DNA of 64,000 nucleotides from Camelus ferus. Taxonomy: Eukaryota. A model generated the notes under the pieces. That model was not told the origin of the DNA. It did no database searches and worked only from the letters and a program-made list of their open reading frames with translations. The stretch's first letter is position 1. Each line of letters starts with the position of its first letter. Below are positions 22,321-35,000 of this stretch, one piece after another. The translations under genes and the position numbers were made by a program. The DNA lies in the NCBI RefSeq assembly GCF_009834535.1, contig NC_045697.1, positions 99,882,001 through 99,946,000 on the forward strand, in the 5' to 3' direction.

Positions 22321-23043
22321 TCAGCCGGACAGGGCCGATATCTCGTAGTCACTGGCCGAGGTGAGGGGCTTGCCCATCATCCGGATGTTTTTTGCACTGG
22401 TGATCCTGGCCATCATGCACACGGGCTTGTCAAAGTACTTCACCAGGGCCGGCTCTGTCAGGAGGGAGGCCAGGAACTGCTCGAAGGTGATGGCCCAGTC
22501 CCGGTCCAGGCTGGTGCTCCGGGGCAGCGCCGCGGTGCCCTCGCCGCTGCGCACCAGGACCGTGTCCTCCCCGATGTCCTCGCAGTGCAGCTTGTCCTCC
22601 TCGTGGGAGCCGGCGCTCAGCACCGAGTACGAGGACATGGAGCTGTCGTCCTTGGTGTCGTCGTCGGAGATGAGCATGGAGGAGCAGACCCCGTTGTCCC
22701 GGGGCGAGGAGTCCTCCAGCTTGATGTCCTCCATCTGTCCCCCCAGGGAGTGTTCCTCGCCGTCCCCCGCCAGGCTGGCCGGGAGGGGCTCCAGGGACTC
22801 CCGCACGGAAGGCTGGCCAGGCCCCTTCTTGGGGAAGAGGACGCCCGGGAGGCCCTGGTTGCAGGACGGCCCGCTGCCCCCGCTGCCGCCCTCCTTGGCA
22901 GGCTGGCTGGCGAAGAGCTTGCCCACTTCCCCGATCTCCAGCAGGAGGCTGGTCACCGCGGCCGTGGCGTGGTACAGCTCCTGCTCATTGGGGTCCTCGC
23001 TGAACATGTTATACATCGTCTTACACAGCTCGATAAACTGCCC
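22321..23043 (-). CDS. TBC1D9: TBC1D9 terminal coding exon (GQFIELCK...EISALSG*)
   Basis: Acceptor ttttcag|GGG CAG, phase 0, 723 nt, TGA at 22321-22323. Confidence 0.97.
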   Translation of the reverse strand, partial: GQFIELCKTMYNMFSEDPNEQELYHATAAVTSLLLEIGEVGKLFASQPAKEGGSGGSGPSCNQGLPGVLFPKKGPGQPSVRESLEPLPASLAGDGEEHSLGGQMEDIKLEDSSPRDNGVCSSMLISDDDTKDDSSMSSYSVLSAGSHEEDKLHCEDIGEDTVLVRSGEGTAALPRSTSLDRDWAITFEQFLASLLTEPALVKYFDKPVCMMARITSAKNIRMMGKPLTSASDYEISALSG

Positions 23044-26000
23044 CTGAAAAGGGATTTGGGAAAACACAAGACTGTGACCGCCTCACCGGTGAGCAGAGAG
23101 GCGGGACCAAGGTGGACTGCAATGCCATTTAACATCAGGACTCCTACAAGATCCCTGGAAAGTCCTACGTTAGGGTAGATGGATGTGTAGTTCAGTTGCT
23201 TCATTGATGGTTCCTTTTTTTAAGTTGGAAAAACTTCCAACATCCATGAAGTAGAAAGAATGAAATAATACACCTTCATAATGGTACCCATAGTCTGGAG
23301 TCAAGAAGGACCACATTATACAAATGTTTCACTAACTCTATCCTTTCTTGAAGTATCTAAAGTAAATCGCAGACTTCATCGCCTCTCACGCCCACACACA
23401 TCAGAATGCAGCCCAGTTTTTCCAAGGTCGGCTCACATCCCGTCTCCCATGACACATCTGCTGGGGTCCCTGGACAGAAGTAACGCCTTCCACCCCCACC
23501 CAGATGACTTATCTGTTCTTCTGTTAGAAAAAAGCATTTTCACCCTGTGTTATAATTATTTATATTGTTTTAGCTCCCTCATTACATTTCAACTTTTTGA
23601 GGAAAAAAAAAAAGTCAGACACCTTTAGAGCTGAGCACAGTGGTTTGAAAACAGCATGAGCTTGTCTTCTGAGTCTCTGAAGGTGTTTTTAATGATTAGG
23701 ATGAGAATGCATGTACTCTCAAAATGGAGTATTTCATTTTCTCTGAGAAGGTCATTTTCTCAAAACAGAGCATACTTTTGATGCACAAAACAGACCCAAA
23801 CAGGTATTAATTAAGTGCCCCAAGTAGCCATTCTCTTTGAGGGGTACTTACTCTACATGTATCTATGCCTGGAAAACAGAGCTTCAAGGTTCGAAATGAA
23901 TGACTCGAACTGTTCAGTACTCACCTGATTCAGTTTGGGTAAATCTTTTGCATTCTTTGATTTAGGCTTATTTTCTGGAGTCCAGAGTCTCAGATAATTA
24001 CGATTTTCTTGAGAATTTGCCCTTTTCCCTAAAACCCAGATGTTTAGAAATCAAGGGTCAAGAAGCAACTGTTGAACCAGCAGTATGGGGAAATACAGAG
24101 AAGGGAAAGTCTGTACCTCTGTCCGGCTTTAGACTCACTGTAACAAAGCCATCGTCGGCACCGTGTTTGCTTCTGCTGTCCAGCCCAACCACTGCCAAGA
24201 AAGATTCAGAAGAAAACAGGACCATGTCACATGATAAACCCATAGATTTAGCACGTGTCATAGAAAACAGAAAAGCCTCTATGTAGGTAGGGTTGCCTGA
24301 TTTAGCTAAACAAACAAAACAGAAACAAAAATGAAACCATGGCACATCGAGTTGAATCTGAACTTGAGATAAACAGCAAATGATTTTTTGAAGCATTAAG
24401 TGAGTCCCAAATACCACACGGGACATACTTAGGCTAAACAAATTATTTTTTGTCTATCTGAAATCCAGATTTTACTGGAGTCTCATATTTTACCTGATTA
24501 ACCCTGTCACATGTGATTGATTGACCAGCTTTGCAGGCAACTTTTTCCAATAACAGAGGGCCCTGTGGGAAGGAAAGTCACTTACCATGTGTGCATTCAG
24601 GGGTGATGTCTTCAAAGAAGTACTGAGTTGCTTCAAAGGCAGAATCTGGCTCATCTTGATCAGAGGATGGTTCTGGAGAGGGTGAGAGATGATTCTCATT
24701 CTGGTAGGGCCATGACTCAGTGAAAGTGTGCTTCAATTGTTAAAGAAATGACAGGGGAGCAGGAGAAGCTAAAGTTACAAAACTGGGGTGGGGGGGTCAC
24801 ATCACTGGGGGACCTTGAAGGCCCCCTGCCTCTAAAACCATATGGGGGAGGGGCTCACTTCATTTCTAACTCTACCTTCCTTTTTAACAACCCCACACCA
24901 AAGTATCCCTTTTTTTGTATTCCTTTTTTTGGAGACTTTCCTAAATCCTATAGAACGATGCTTTACAAACCAAATTTTAGGAAATTGTGTGCTATGATAA
25001 TTCCCAAATCTATAGTTTTACCGTATCTCTAGCCTTAGAGCCATTCCCTCCTCATNNNNNNNNNNNNNNNNNNNNNNNNNNNNNNNNNNNNNNNNNNNNN
25101 NNNNNNNNNNNNNNNNNNNNNNNNNNNNNNNNNNNNNNNNNNNNNNNNNNNNNNNNNNNNNNNNNNNNNNNNNNNNNNNNNNNNNNNNNNNNNNNNNNNN
25201 NNNNNNNNNNCATCCAGCTGGAGGCCAACCTTATTTAAAACTGAACTCAAAACCTTACCATCTTTTGCACTGTTTCTGTCAGTGGTAAAACTGCTCCCCC
25301 TAGACTCAGAATCTCAGTCCTTGTACCTCATGGGTTACCCAACACTACTTACTCATTCTCTTCTGGTACTCTGCTCTTTTCTGTTACCACGACTCATAGG
25401 AAAATGAGGAAATGACTATTGAATCTAGCTGATTCAGGAACTCATGTAAATAGTATTGTTCAGTTTGTTCCTGGGGACCAATGAGTGGCTTTGTATATCA
25501 AAAAAGAGGCAAAGAGACAAACAGGCAAACAGGTCACACCAAAAAAGATTTCAGGCCAGGCCGGGGTTACACATGTTACTCTGTGGAGCTCACTTACCAG
25601 GCAAGACGTGCATTTTGTACAGGAGTTTGAGTTTCTCTGTGAGGTCCCCATGGCACGCGGCACCTAGGAGTCACACGAGTACCAATGTGAAATGCATCAT
25701 ACGTGCTGGTAACCCCTCCGGGCTGTAGTGTCCCCCCGAAGAGTCTGCCCTACACAAACTGAAGCCAAGACATTGTGTGACAGAAAGTCTGGCCAGGACA
25801 CATTTTGTTCAAAATCTCTGGAACCAGGATTTGTACTTACTATGTGCCCTTGGGAGCGTGAACCTCTCTGTACCTCAGTTTCCCCTCTGTGAGGCAGGAT
25901 GATAAACAGAAATTTCCACCAGGGGGTCTTGACTTCAGGACCCATAAAATGTGAGAACTAAAGGTGTTAACACTGAGAATAGCGCCTGGCACAAAATAAA

Positions 26001-29000
26001 TTAGTGTTATCAATAAGCAAGTTCAGGTCACTGGGCCTCAATACCCCAGATTACTGTAAAGAGTTCAGAAATAATCTCAATACATATTTGAGAGTGCTTC
26101 AGATTACTCATTTTAGAAATCCTTTTCAGCTGCTTTTAGGTTCTGTTAAATATTTCTTCAGTTTAATTTAGCCTAACCCAGCCGCCATTATATCACCATT
26201 GCTTCCATCCAAAGAATCCTGTAACTTTTGCCCTTACGTACATCAGGAATCAGAAAACCCTTTGTAAATACGGATTCTCAGAGCACCTAGCTGAAGATTA
26301 ACTGGATTTGGGAAAAGAGGAATCACAGGATCTGGACTGGCTGGCAGGGACATCGGGGTTATTTTATCTGACCTCCCACTTAACGTGGGACCTCGTCACA
26401 CATCCACGTCCACATCCACATAAGAGAGGACCCAGCACCTGCTGGAACGTCCTCATCGACGGGGAGCTCATCCCAACCAGAGGCGCCTCACGCCCCTGGG
26501 GAGTTCTCCAAACACTGAAAGTGCTTCTACCATCTTTACTTTGGACAGCATCCTCAGCCTGCAGCCTCAGCTTCGTCAAGTTCATGGGCCGTGTGAAAGG
26601 TGAAATGCTGTGTCCACGTGCCTGTGTCATTTTGGGGGAAGACACTGTGCCTAGAACTCATCACATCTCAGACTTCATGATTCAAAGAAAAGCTTTAGAA
26701 CAACTCCTCTCCCCCTTTCACGTCAGACAGAATAGGTCCTTCACCTCTTCAGTACGACAGTCCTTGGATTTTAAGGATAGCTGTCCTGTCCCCCTTAGGC
26801 TTATCTTTTCAAGGCAAATGTACGTTCCCCAGGATACACCTCTCTACATACTTCAGCTTTCTTATGTGACCTGATTTGTACACCTTTCCCTATTCTTACC
26901 CACATCCACCTTGTGTATTAATTAGTCCAGCAGTGTCCCCCTGGACAGAGAGCTCCAGAAGCCTCTTGCCCACTGAAGACAATAGTGGAACTGTTCTTGG
27001 CTCTTCCCCTAATGCAGCCCAGGACTGTGGTCCACTCTTCCTGCTCTTCACTCTGGAGTTTTGTACGGACCGCATGGTTAACTAAACCCCAGAGTGTCTG
27101 CATGCTCACTAATACTAATCATGAAGAGAACGACAGATCTTTATTAACCATTCACGTTGTGTTAAGCCTATGTTAACTGCTTTCCACATGTATTTCACTG
27201 CCTTGTCACAATAACTGTAGGAGATGGGCACAATTAGTACCCCAACTTAGATGAGAAAAGTCAGGCTTAGTGATGTTAAGTAATAGGCTCAAGGTCATAA
27301 GCTAGTAAGTGGCAGGCCCAGGATTTGAACTCAGATTTGTCTGAGCCTAGATTCCAAGATTGAAACCACTATACCATCTATGCAGCCATACAGTTCTTTT
27401 ACAGTCACTTCTCAAAATTTAAGACTCATGATTTATCCCTATCAATTTGTTTTTGCCAATCATTTCCTCCTCTAATATTTTTTAATCTTGCTGTTGTCCT
27501 CCAATGCATTGGCTGTCTCTCCCAGCTTCGTGTAGCCGACACATTTGGGTAGTATGCCTTCCCTACTTTCATAGTTTAAATTGCTATCCAGTACATCGTA
27601 ATTATAGTGACAATAATAACTTAACACTTTTTGAGTCAGTCACTGTTGTAGGAACTTTACTTGAATTATTTCTTTTAGTCCTGACAGGAACTATTTTACA
27701 AGTGAGGGAACAACCACAGAGCTTAAATACCAAGCCAAGGTACTAGAAAACTTGTTGCTGACCACCAAGCTCTGGGTGCAGGGTTCAGCCAGACATGGAC
27801 TCACTGACTTCCACATCCTTCCAACTTTTCCATGTATAGCGAGTTATCTGTCAAATGACCAGCTGCATCGTGACACCTACAGCATGTTTAGAAATGCTGC
27901 CTTCCTGCAACACCACTGGAAAAGGAGGTACAGCTAATTTGTGGCTTTGAATAGTAGCCCTTCATCTCTACCTTCATATAGACTGTCTGTTCACTAATTT
28001 CTAGAGGGATCTTTCTGGGGATTGACATTAAGATTACTCATCCATCTTTTCCAGAATTCATGCTTTTAGTTTCTTAAGACTTGAACCAAATTTCTCTTTT
28101 CTGGGTCCACTTACCTCCACTAGCTATAATCAACCCGCATAACTGACTACAGCTCTGAGACTCCTAGCAATCTGGGTGGAGTTTCCTTTGCTCAAAGAAC
28201 TCAACTGCACTGAAGAAGCCTAAGTACTCTTAGCCACTGTTTTCACCATCTTGCACTGGAAGCTTCTCTTTCCTTTTCTGAAGATTCTGAAGAGTATTTA
28301 CCTTGTTGGGGTTTGACAAAACATGAATAAGTTAAATATTTATATTTATTCCTATCGCTTTCTACACGTGTCTGGTATTTTCACCTTAAACATCTTTGCT
28401 GCAAGCATATTCGCCCCACAACTAATTGGCTGTGGAGGCCATTTTGCCGTAAAAGACAAAGGTAACTGGTCGGCAGTTATATTATACTAGAAAATAAGGG
28501 ATCAATTTCTGTGAATCCTTCAGTGAGCTAATCTAAGCCAGATTCTGTTGNNNNNNNNNNNNNNNNNNNNNNNNNNNNNNNNNNNNNNNNNNNNNNNNNN
28601 NNNNNNNNNNNNNNNNNNNNNNNNNNNNNNNNNNNNNNNNNNNNNNNNNNNNNNNNNNNNNNNNNNNNNNNNNNNNNNNNNNNNNNNNNNNNNNNNNNNN
28701 NNNNNNNTTATATGAGGAATCTAAGAAAATGATACAAATGAACTTATTTACAAAACAAAAGTGACTCACAGACATAGAAAACAAACTTATGGTTACTAAA
28801 GGGCGGAGGGGGAGGGATAAATTGGAGTTTGGGATTAGCAGATACAAACTACTATACACAAAATAGATAAACGACAAGGTCCTACTGTACAGCACAAGGA
28901 ACTATATTCAATACTTTGTAATAACCTACAATGGAAAAGAATACGAATCAGAGTATATATGTGTATAACTGGATCACTATGTTGTACACCAGAAACTAAC

Positions 29001-32000
29001 ATAACATTATGAATCAACTATACTTCAATTTAAAAAAGATAAGGCAGGTTCTGCTAAAATGTTCACCACTTTCAAGAAACTTATGCTTATCAAGACTCAC
29101 ACAACCACCTCCTCTTGGGGGAAAGGAGGAGCTTGAGTCTTCCTTTGCCTCCCACTTCTAGTATCGTGTGATCAGTTCGGTAAAGATGGCAGCAGAGGGC
29201 AAGCTTCTGTATCCACATTAGCTAAAGAACCAACCGTTAGTGCTCTCGAGGGCTGTTGTGGATTGGTAGCCGCTTCTTTCGCAGTTGCCACATAGTTGGT
29301 AAACTTTTGGTTTTGACGAGTGGGAGGGATGACTGTGTCACCGAAGGATTTGTAAAGATATCCTGCTCTAGTGTCCTACCTGTCAACCAGTTATTTTATC
29401 TCTTAGGGCAGCATGGCTTTATGGTCAACTAGCTGTGCTGTGAAACTGCTTGTGGCAGAGATGTTTATGGCAAAAATTCCTAGAACTCTTTCTATGTGTT
29501 GAACGTTATCTCTTTTTCTTCCTCCTTATTCTTGCCCAAAGGTGATTTTTAAAAAATCTCCTTTTTGACAGACACCAATGTGACAGTAAGTAGTTACTTT
29601 GGGGCAGAAAAGATTAGGAGAGGATCAAAAGGGTCTTCAGCCTTGTCTGGATTATTTCACTTTTCTAAAAAGCAGGATGTATTTATGTGTTACTTGTGTA
29701 ATTAAAAATTAACACCTCCTTCTTCCCTTAAAAAAAAAAAATCCTGTTTGCTGTCCTCAGCACAGCGTAAAGAGAAAAGGATGAGCTTTTGAGACAGCCC
29801 TTGTCTGAATCCTGAGTCAGCAAGAACTCACTGTGCCTTTCAGTTCAGTTCAATAACACAGATGTATTGACTTGCTAAAAACAAATGTCCCAGCAAGTTG
29901 CTTAACTTTTCTGAGCCTCCATCTCTTTAACTGAAAGTGGGGATAGTACTAGTCAGCAGATGGGTAGTAAAGCATAACAGCAACCACACAGACTGTGCTT
30001 CCGGGGCACCTGAGTTCAAACTCCAACTTTGCAGATGTGCGCTGTCGGTGAATCAGATGCACGTAAAGCACCAGGGCAGTGCCTGGCTGAGCACGTGCTG
30101 TATAAATGTTAGTTATCGGTACTGTTACTACCTCAAAGGTCTATTGTTTGGATTATGTGCTAAAGTACAAGTTCTAAAGCATCAGAACAGTGCCTGCATT
30201 CTTAATAAAGGCCAGGTTCCTCCCTGTCCTCCCTTCTAAACATACATATGATGCTTTACACAAATTGTTTTTTCTTACCTCGGAGGACCTCATCTATACC
30301 CCTTTGCCTTTTTAAATGCCATCATCTTCCTCTGGCCTTTAAGCCTTCCAATCATTACAGATGTAGGGTAGTTTTTGGAATCACTGTTAGCACTCTACCT
30401 GACACCTTCACCTTTCCCTGGGCAGGTCATTTTTGAAGTGCATGGACCAACATCATAGAGTGGCACAATTAGAATTAAAAAGATTTTTCCTTCTTTTCTC
30501 CTGGCAGCCTGACAACATAATGCCTGCTACATCCACAACCTTGCATTGGGCAAGCTAAGTTCAACAGCCATGTGGCTTTTTTGCTCAAATATTAATCGAA
30601 CAGGAGTCCAACAGAAACAGGGCAGTAAACAGTCAGACAGAGAGGCTGACAAGCAGATGCTGCCTGTGAGTTGAGGGTATGCATTCTCACGATGGATGGC
30701 CCTCTCTCCCTGAAAAATGGAGAGAAAGATTTCCATTTATATTGCAGAGCTGTTGTGGGTTTTCTCCAGCCCTTTATTAAAAACACTATGCAATATCTTA
30801 TATAATTTTATGAAATTATATGTACTATAAATATTTTTTTCTGACAGAGAAAAGCAATCCATCCAAACATTTCTTCTTCCCTTATAAAGTTATCGTCTTC
30901 AGTTTCAGTGTTTAAGTCGGCACTCTTGCAAACTCTCTGATAATGTATTTTAACTAGTGCAGATTACTATCTAATGTAGACGCCAGTGATTTAATCATAT
31001 ATCCATTAACTAAAAACAAATTTTGGAATCAGCTTGCAAACCCTAAAGTGTGCTCCTCTGTCCTTTAAACCCCATCTTCTGAGGCAAGTGGGGTTGTGGT
31101 CCTGAGGCAGCACAGAAGACCAGGGCAATTACTCTCCCATCCCCTCCCCCCCAACTACTCATGCAACACCATCACGTCCTTACTCAGCCCAGAGACAAAC
31201 TCTCGGAAGTTGATCAGAGAGTCTCCATTTTCATCTAATAACTGGAATAAGCGGGAGGCCAGCACATCAGAGTGAGTTCCACAGGCCCAGGGAAAGAGCA
31301 GAGCAAACATGCCCTTGAACTGCTCAAAGTCGATGCGATACTGCTCCAGGTAAGGCAGGCTGGGGTCGTGCCGGTCCAGCGCATTGCTGCTTCCGCCCCA
31401 GTAGCAGCTGGTTAGATGTTCCGCCTGAAAAATCAAAGAACAGGGTTGTATCTCACAGCAAATACCAGGAAGAAAGATCTTCCCTCAGATTTGGAAAAAG
31501 GCTTTAGGTCCCCCATGTGTATGTCCTGGGACAGTGCTCTGGTCCCAGGGCACCCTCGTCTTCTCTTCTATATACATCTCCACCTGACCACCCTCCACCA
31601 ACTCCATGGCAACCACCTCTGCGGTTTCCATTTGACATGAAAAACCCAGTTCAATTGCTGGAGTAGGTGAAGAAAGAAAGTGAATGCCCCCTTTTTTTCT
31701 TCTCCTTTACATACACGCTCAAGCATTTTAAGAAATTAATTCCTGGAAACCATAAGTAAAACAAAAAGACAACCTATGGAATGGGAGAAAATTTTTGCAA
31801 ATGAAACCAACAAAGGCTTGATCTCCAGAATATATAAGCAGCTCATACAACTTAATAAGAAACAACCAAACAACCCAATCCAAAAATGGGCCAAATNNNN
31901 NNNNNNNNNNNNNNNNNNNNNNNNNNNNNNNNNNNNNNNNNNNNNNNNNNNNNNNNNNNNNNNNNNNNNNNNNNNNNNNNNNNNNNNNNNNNNNNNNNNN

Positions 32001-35000
32001 NNNNNNNNNNNNNNNNNNNNNNNNNNNNNNNNNNNNNNNNNNNNNNNNNNNNNNNNNNNNNNNNNNNNNNNNNNNNNNNNNNNNNNNNNNNNNNNNNNNN
32101 NNNNNNNNNNNNNNNNNNNNNNNNNNNNNNNNNNNNNNNNNNNNNNNNNNNNNNNNNNNNNNNNNNNTAGACCCAGCAATCCCACTCCTGGGCTTATATC
32201 CAGAAGGAACCCTACTTCAGGATGACACCTGCNNNNNNNNNNNNNNNNNNNNNNNNNNNNNNNNNNNNNNNNNNNNNNNNNNNNNNNNNNNNNNNNNNNN
32301 NNNNNNNNNNNNNNNNNNNNNNNNNNNNNNNNNNNNNNNNNNNNNNNNNNNNNNNNNNNNNNNNNNNNNNNNNNNNNCATTTGCAGCAACATGGATGCTC
32401 CTGGAGAATGTCATTCTAAGTGAAGTAAGCCAGAAAGAGAAAGAAAAATACCATATGAGATCACTCATATGTGGAATCTAAAAAAAAAAAAAAAAAACAC
32501 AAAGCATAAATACAAAACAGAAATAGATTCATAGACATAGAATACAAACTTGTGGTTGCCAAGGGGGCGGAGGGTGGGAAGGGATAGACTGGGATTTCAA
32601 AATTGTAGTATAGATAAACAAGATTATACTGTATAGCACAGAGAAATATATACAATTTCTAATGGTAGCACACAGAGAAAAAAATGTGACAATGAATATA
32701 TATATGTTCATGTATAACTGAAAAATTGTGCTATACACTGGAATTTGATACAACATTGTAAAATGATTATAAATCAATAAAAAATGTTTAAAAAAAAGTT
32801 AACTCCTGTAAAGACAAACAAGTCTCTTTTTTTTTTTTTTTTTTAAGAAATACATAGAATGTTAACCTGAAAAGGATCAGTAATTCAGGCAATCTGATCA
32901 CCTTGTTTCCTAAGTGAGGACGGTACAGCCCAGAGGGCAAGTGGCTTCCACAAGGTCATCCAGCCAGCTAGTCAGAGCAGAATCATGATGCGATTCTGGG
33001 TTTCCAAATTCCTAGTTCAGTGTTGTGTCCCGTAAACCCCCAGCTTCCAGGTCACCAAAAACCACACAGATATTATCCTAGCCATCAAGTATTCAGGCCA
33101 CAGGTGTGCGGTCTTCCTGGTTCACACATCTGAAAATAGCTCCATTAAACTCGTGAGCAGGGACCACTAGGGTGAGGATAACAGAAATCCAACAAAAGGC
33201 TTCCTGTTTCTGTCCTTGGAAACAAGGCTGCCTCTTTATTCATGAGGTCATATTGATTCTGGCAGATATCCATGCCCATTCTAGGAAGACCACAAAGATA
33301 AAATAGCTAACAGAAAGGCCAGGAAGAATCCCCCCTCCTCCCACTACACAGGTGTTTACAGTGAGCACTGGGCATCTAAAGGGAGCCTTTATTTTTTACT
33401 TTATTCCCTGCTGTACTCTCTATTTCATTATCAGCATGTATAATATTTCAAACAGCAAAAAGCACTTTGAAAACAGATCTTTCCCTCTTGCCTGAGGGCT
33501 CTGAGAAGGGGGTGTCAGTGGTGAGTGTGTAGTCCTTCAGTGCTGCTCTCACTTAGAATGGAGCAAAGAAGACCAATGTCTTTATCCTGATTGTTTACTG
33601 CAGTTGTAGCTAACAACCCCCCAAAAAAGAGAGGAGTGGGAGTGGCAGGACAGGAGGAAGGAGAGGTTTCTGCAGTGCAGCCTTAGCAGAATAAAGGAAG
33701 CATGTCAAGCTCACCTGGCTTTGGGCTGCACCCCTGCTGCTGGGCGTGGGGTGGGCAGTGGTGACAGTGGTGATGTCAGAGGGAGGGAGGCAGAGGCTGA
33801 GGTCCGAGGGCCACGTGGGTTAAGCTCTACTCTGAATTATCAGTGATGCCCAGCAGCCCTCTGTGGGTGGGACGGTGTTGGTGATACAACCTCCGGGAGG
33901 GGTCCTCTTTACTTGAGCTATGTCAGTGGATAAAGGTTACCCAGAGCATTTCCTCTAACTGGAGTGCCCACATTCCTCTGGAACCAGAGGATTGTGGTGC
34001 AGGCACCTTCACGGTGCTCACCCCATCACGAAACAACCAGCCATGCAGATCGAGCATGTCCCTCCTCCTTGATGAGACCTCCTACTCCATCACTTAGGGA
34101 CTGGGGACCCGAGATTGAAAAAGGACTAACTGAGAAAGAGTTCAAGAGAAACCAAGGCACAGGGGCCCTGAGCCACATTTTCCACCAAATCTGCCTCAGG
34201 GTGGCAGCCTTTCACCTTTTTTGTTTTTAAACAAGTTTTAGCCCAAAGCCCAAGCAGAAAGCTCTGTGGGAGATGACTGTCTCTTTCCTTTGTATCCACA
34301 GAAACCCCCCTAGGAACTGGCTTTTTAAAGGACTAAAGAGTCTGGCAGGGTGTCTCACACAGTAATGCCTCAATAAATGTTTGTTCAGTTGAAATAAAGC
34401 CATTTGAAGTGTTCAGAAGACTCAAGAAAGAGTCCATTACTGAAATCTTTATCTTGGGTTCTGCAGTACAAGGCTCCTTCCCATCTTGACAGCAACCAAG
34501 GGCCTTGGGTTCCGTCTCGGGGTGCTCAGCAGACATGGGGAGCTCGTGTTTGTTAACACACGCTTAGGAGAGAGTGTACTAAGCACTTTCCTTATACTTT
34601 GGTACATAAGGGAAGCTTTCTTCAGGCATATCCTCAGCATACAAATGCCACACCCGGTACCTGGAGGTGCACAGACTAGAGACGGCAGGGGTGCCCAGAG
34701 AGAAGACATGGCTTTAGTGATCTCTGAATCTGGGACTTCTGCACAACCAGTCCTGGTCCTCCAGTTCCTGGTATCCCCCAAAGTCAGCCTCCTCTTTCAA
34801 ATGTCATAGCCCTTCCCATTATCTGTCCATGGTCTTGCTGCCTCCAGCTGCTACTCCCACTTGTTTAGTTACCCCAAATCCTGGCCCTACCCTCACCACC
34901 CTGGAAGCAGATTTCTTCTGGTTCTCAGTATCCTTTTAAAATCTGATCTCAATGGGATCCTTGTATTTTGTTTGTTTGTTTTGTACCCAGTTGGGTCGTT

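Noticed and set aside
22306-23178. 290-aa and 228-aa plus-strand ORFs (22306-23178, 22361-23047)
   Set aside because: They are antisense shadows of the GC-rich TBC1D9 terminal exon, where codon bias suppresses antisense stops. No recognisable domain.
26308-26874. 188-aa plus-strand intronic ORF
   Set aside because: No recognisable homology, codon bias or promoter/polyA context. A chance ORF is plausible in 64 kb over six frames.
28480-29100. Plus-strand reading [10 protein letters not shown] resembling the MULE TNNxxESxH motif
   Set aside because: The minus strand gives a longer, ordered transposase-like match, so the plus-strand resemblance is probably coincidental.
31736-32468. ORFs containing X runs (also at 11625-11898, 24987-25250, 28533-28895)
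   Set aside because: Artefacts of reading through N gaps.
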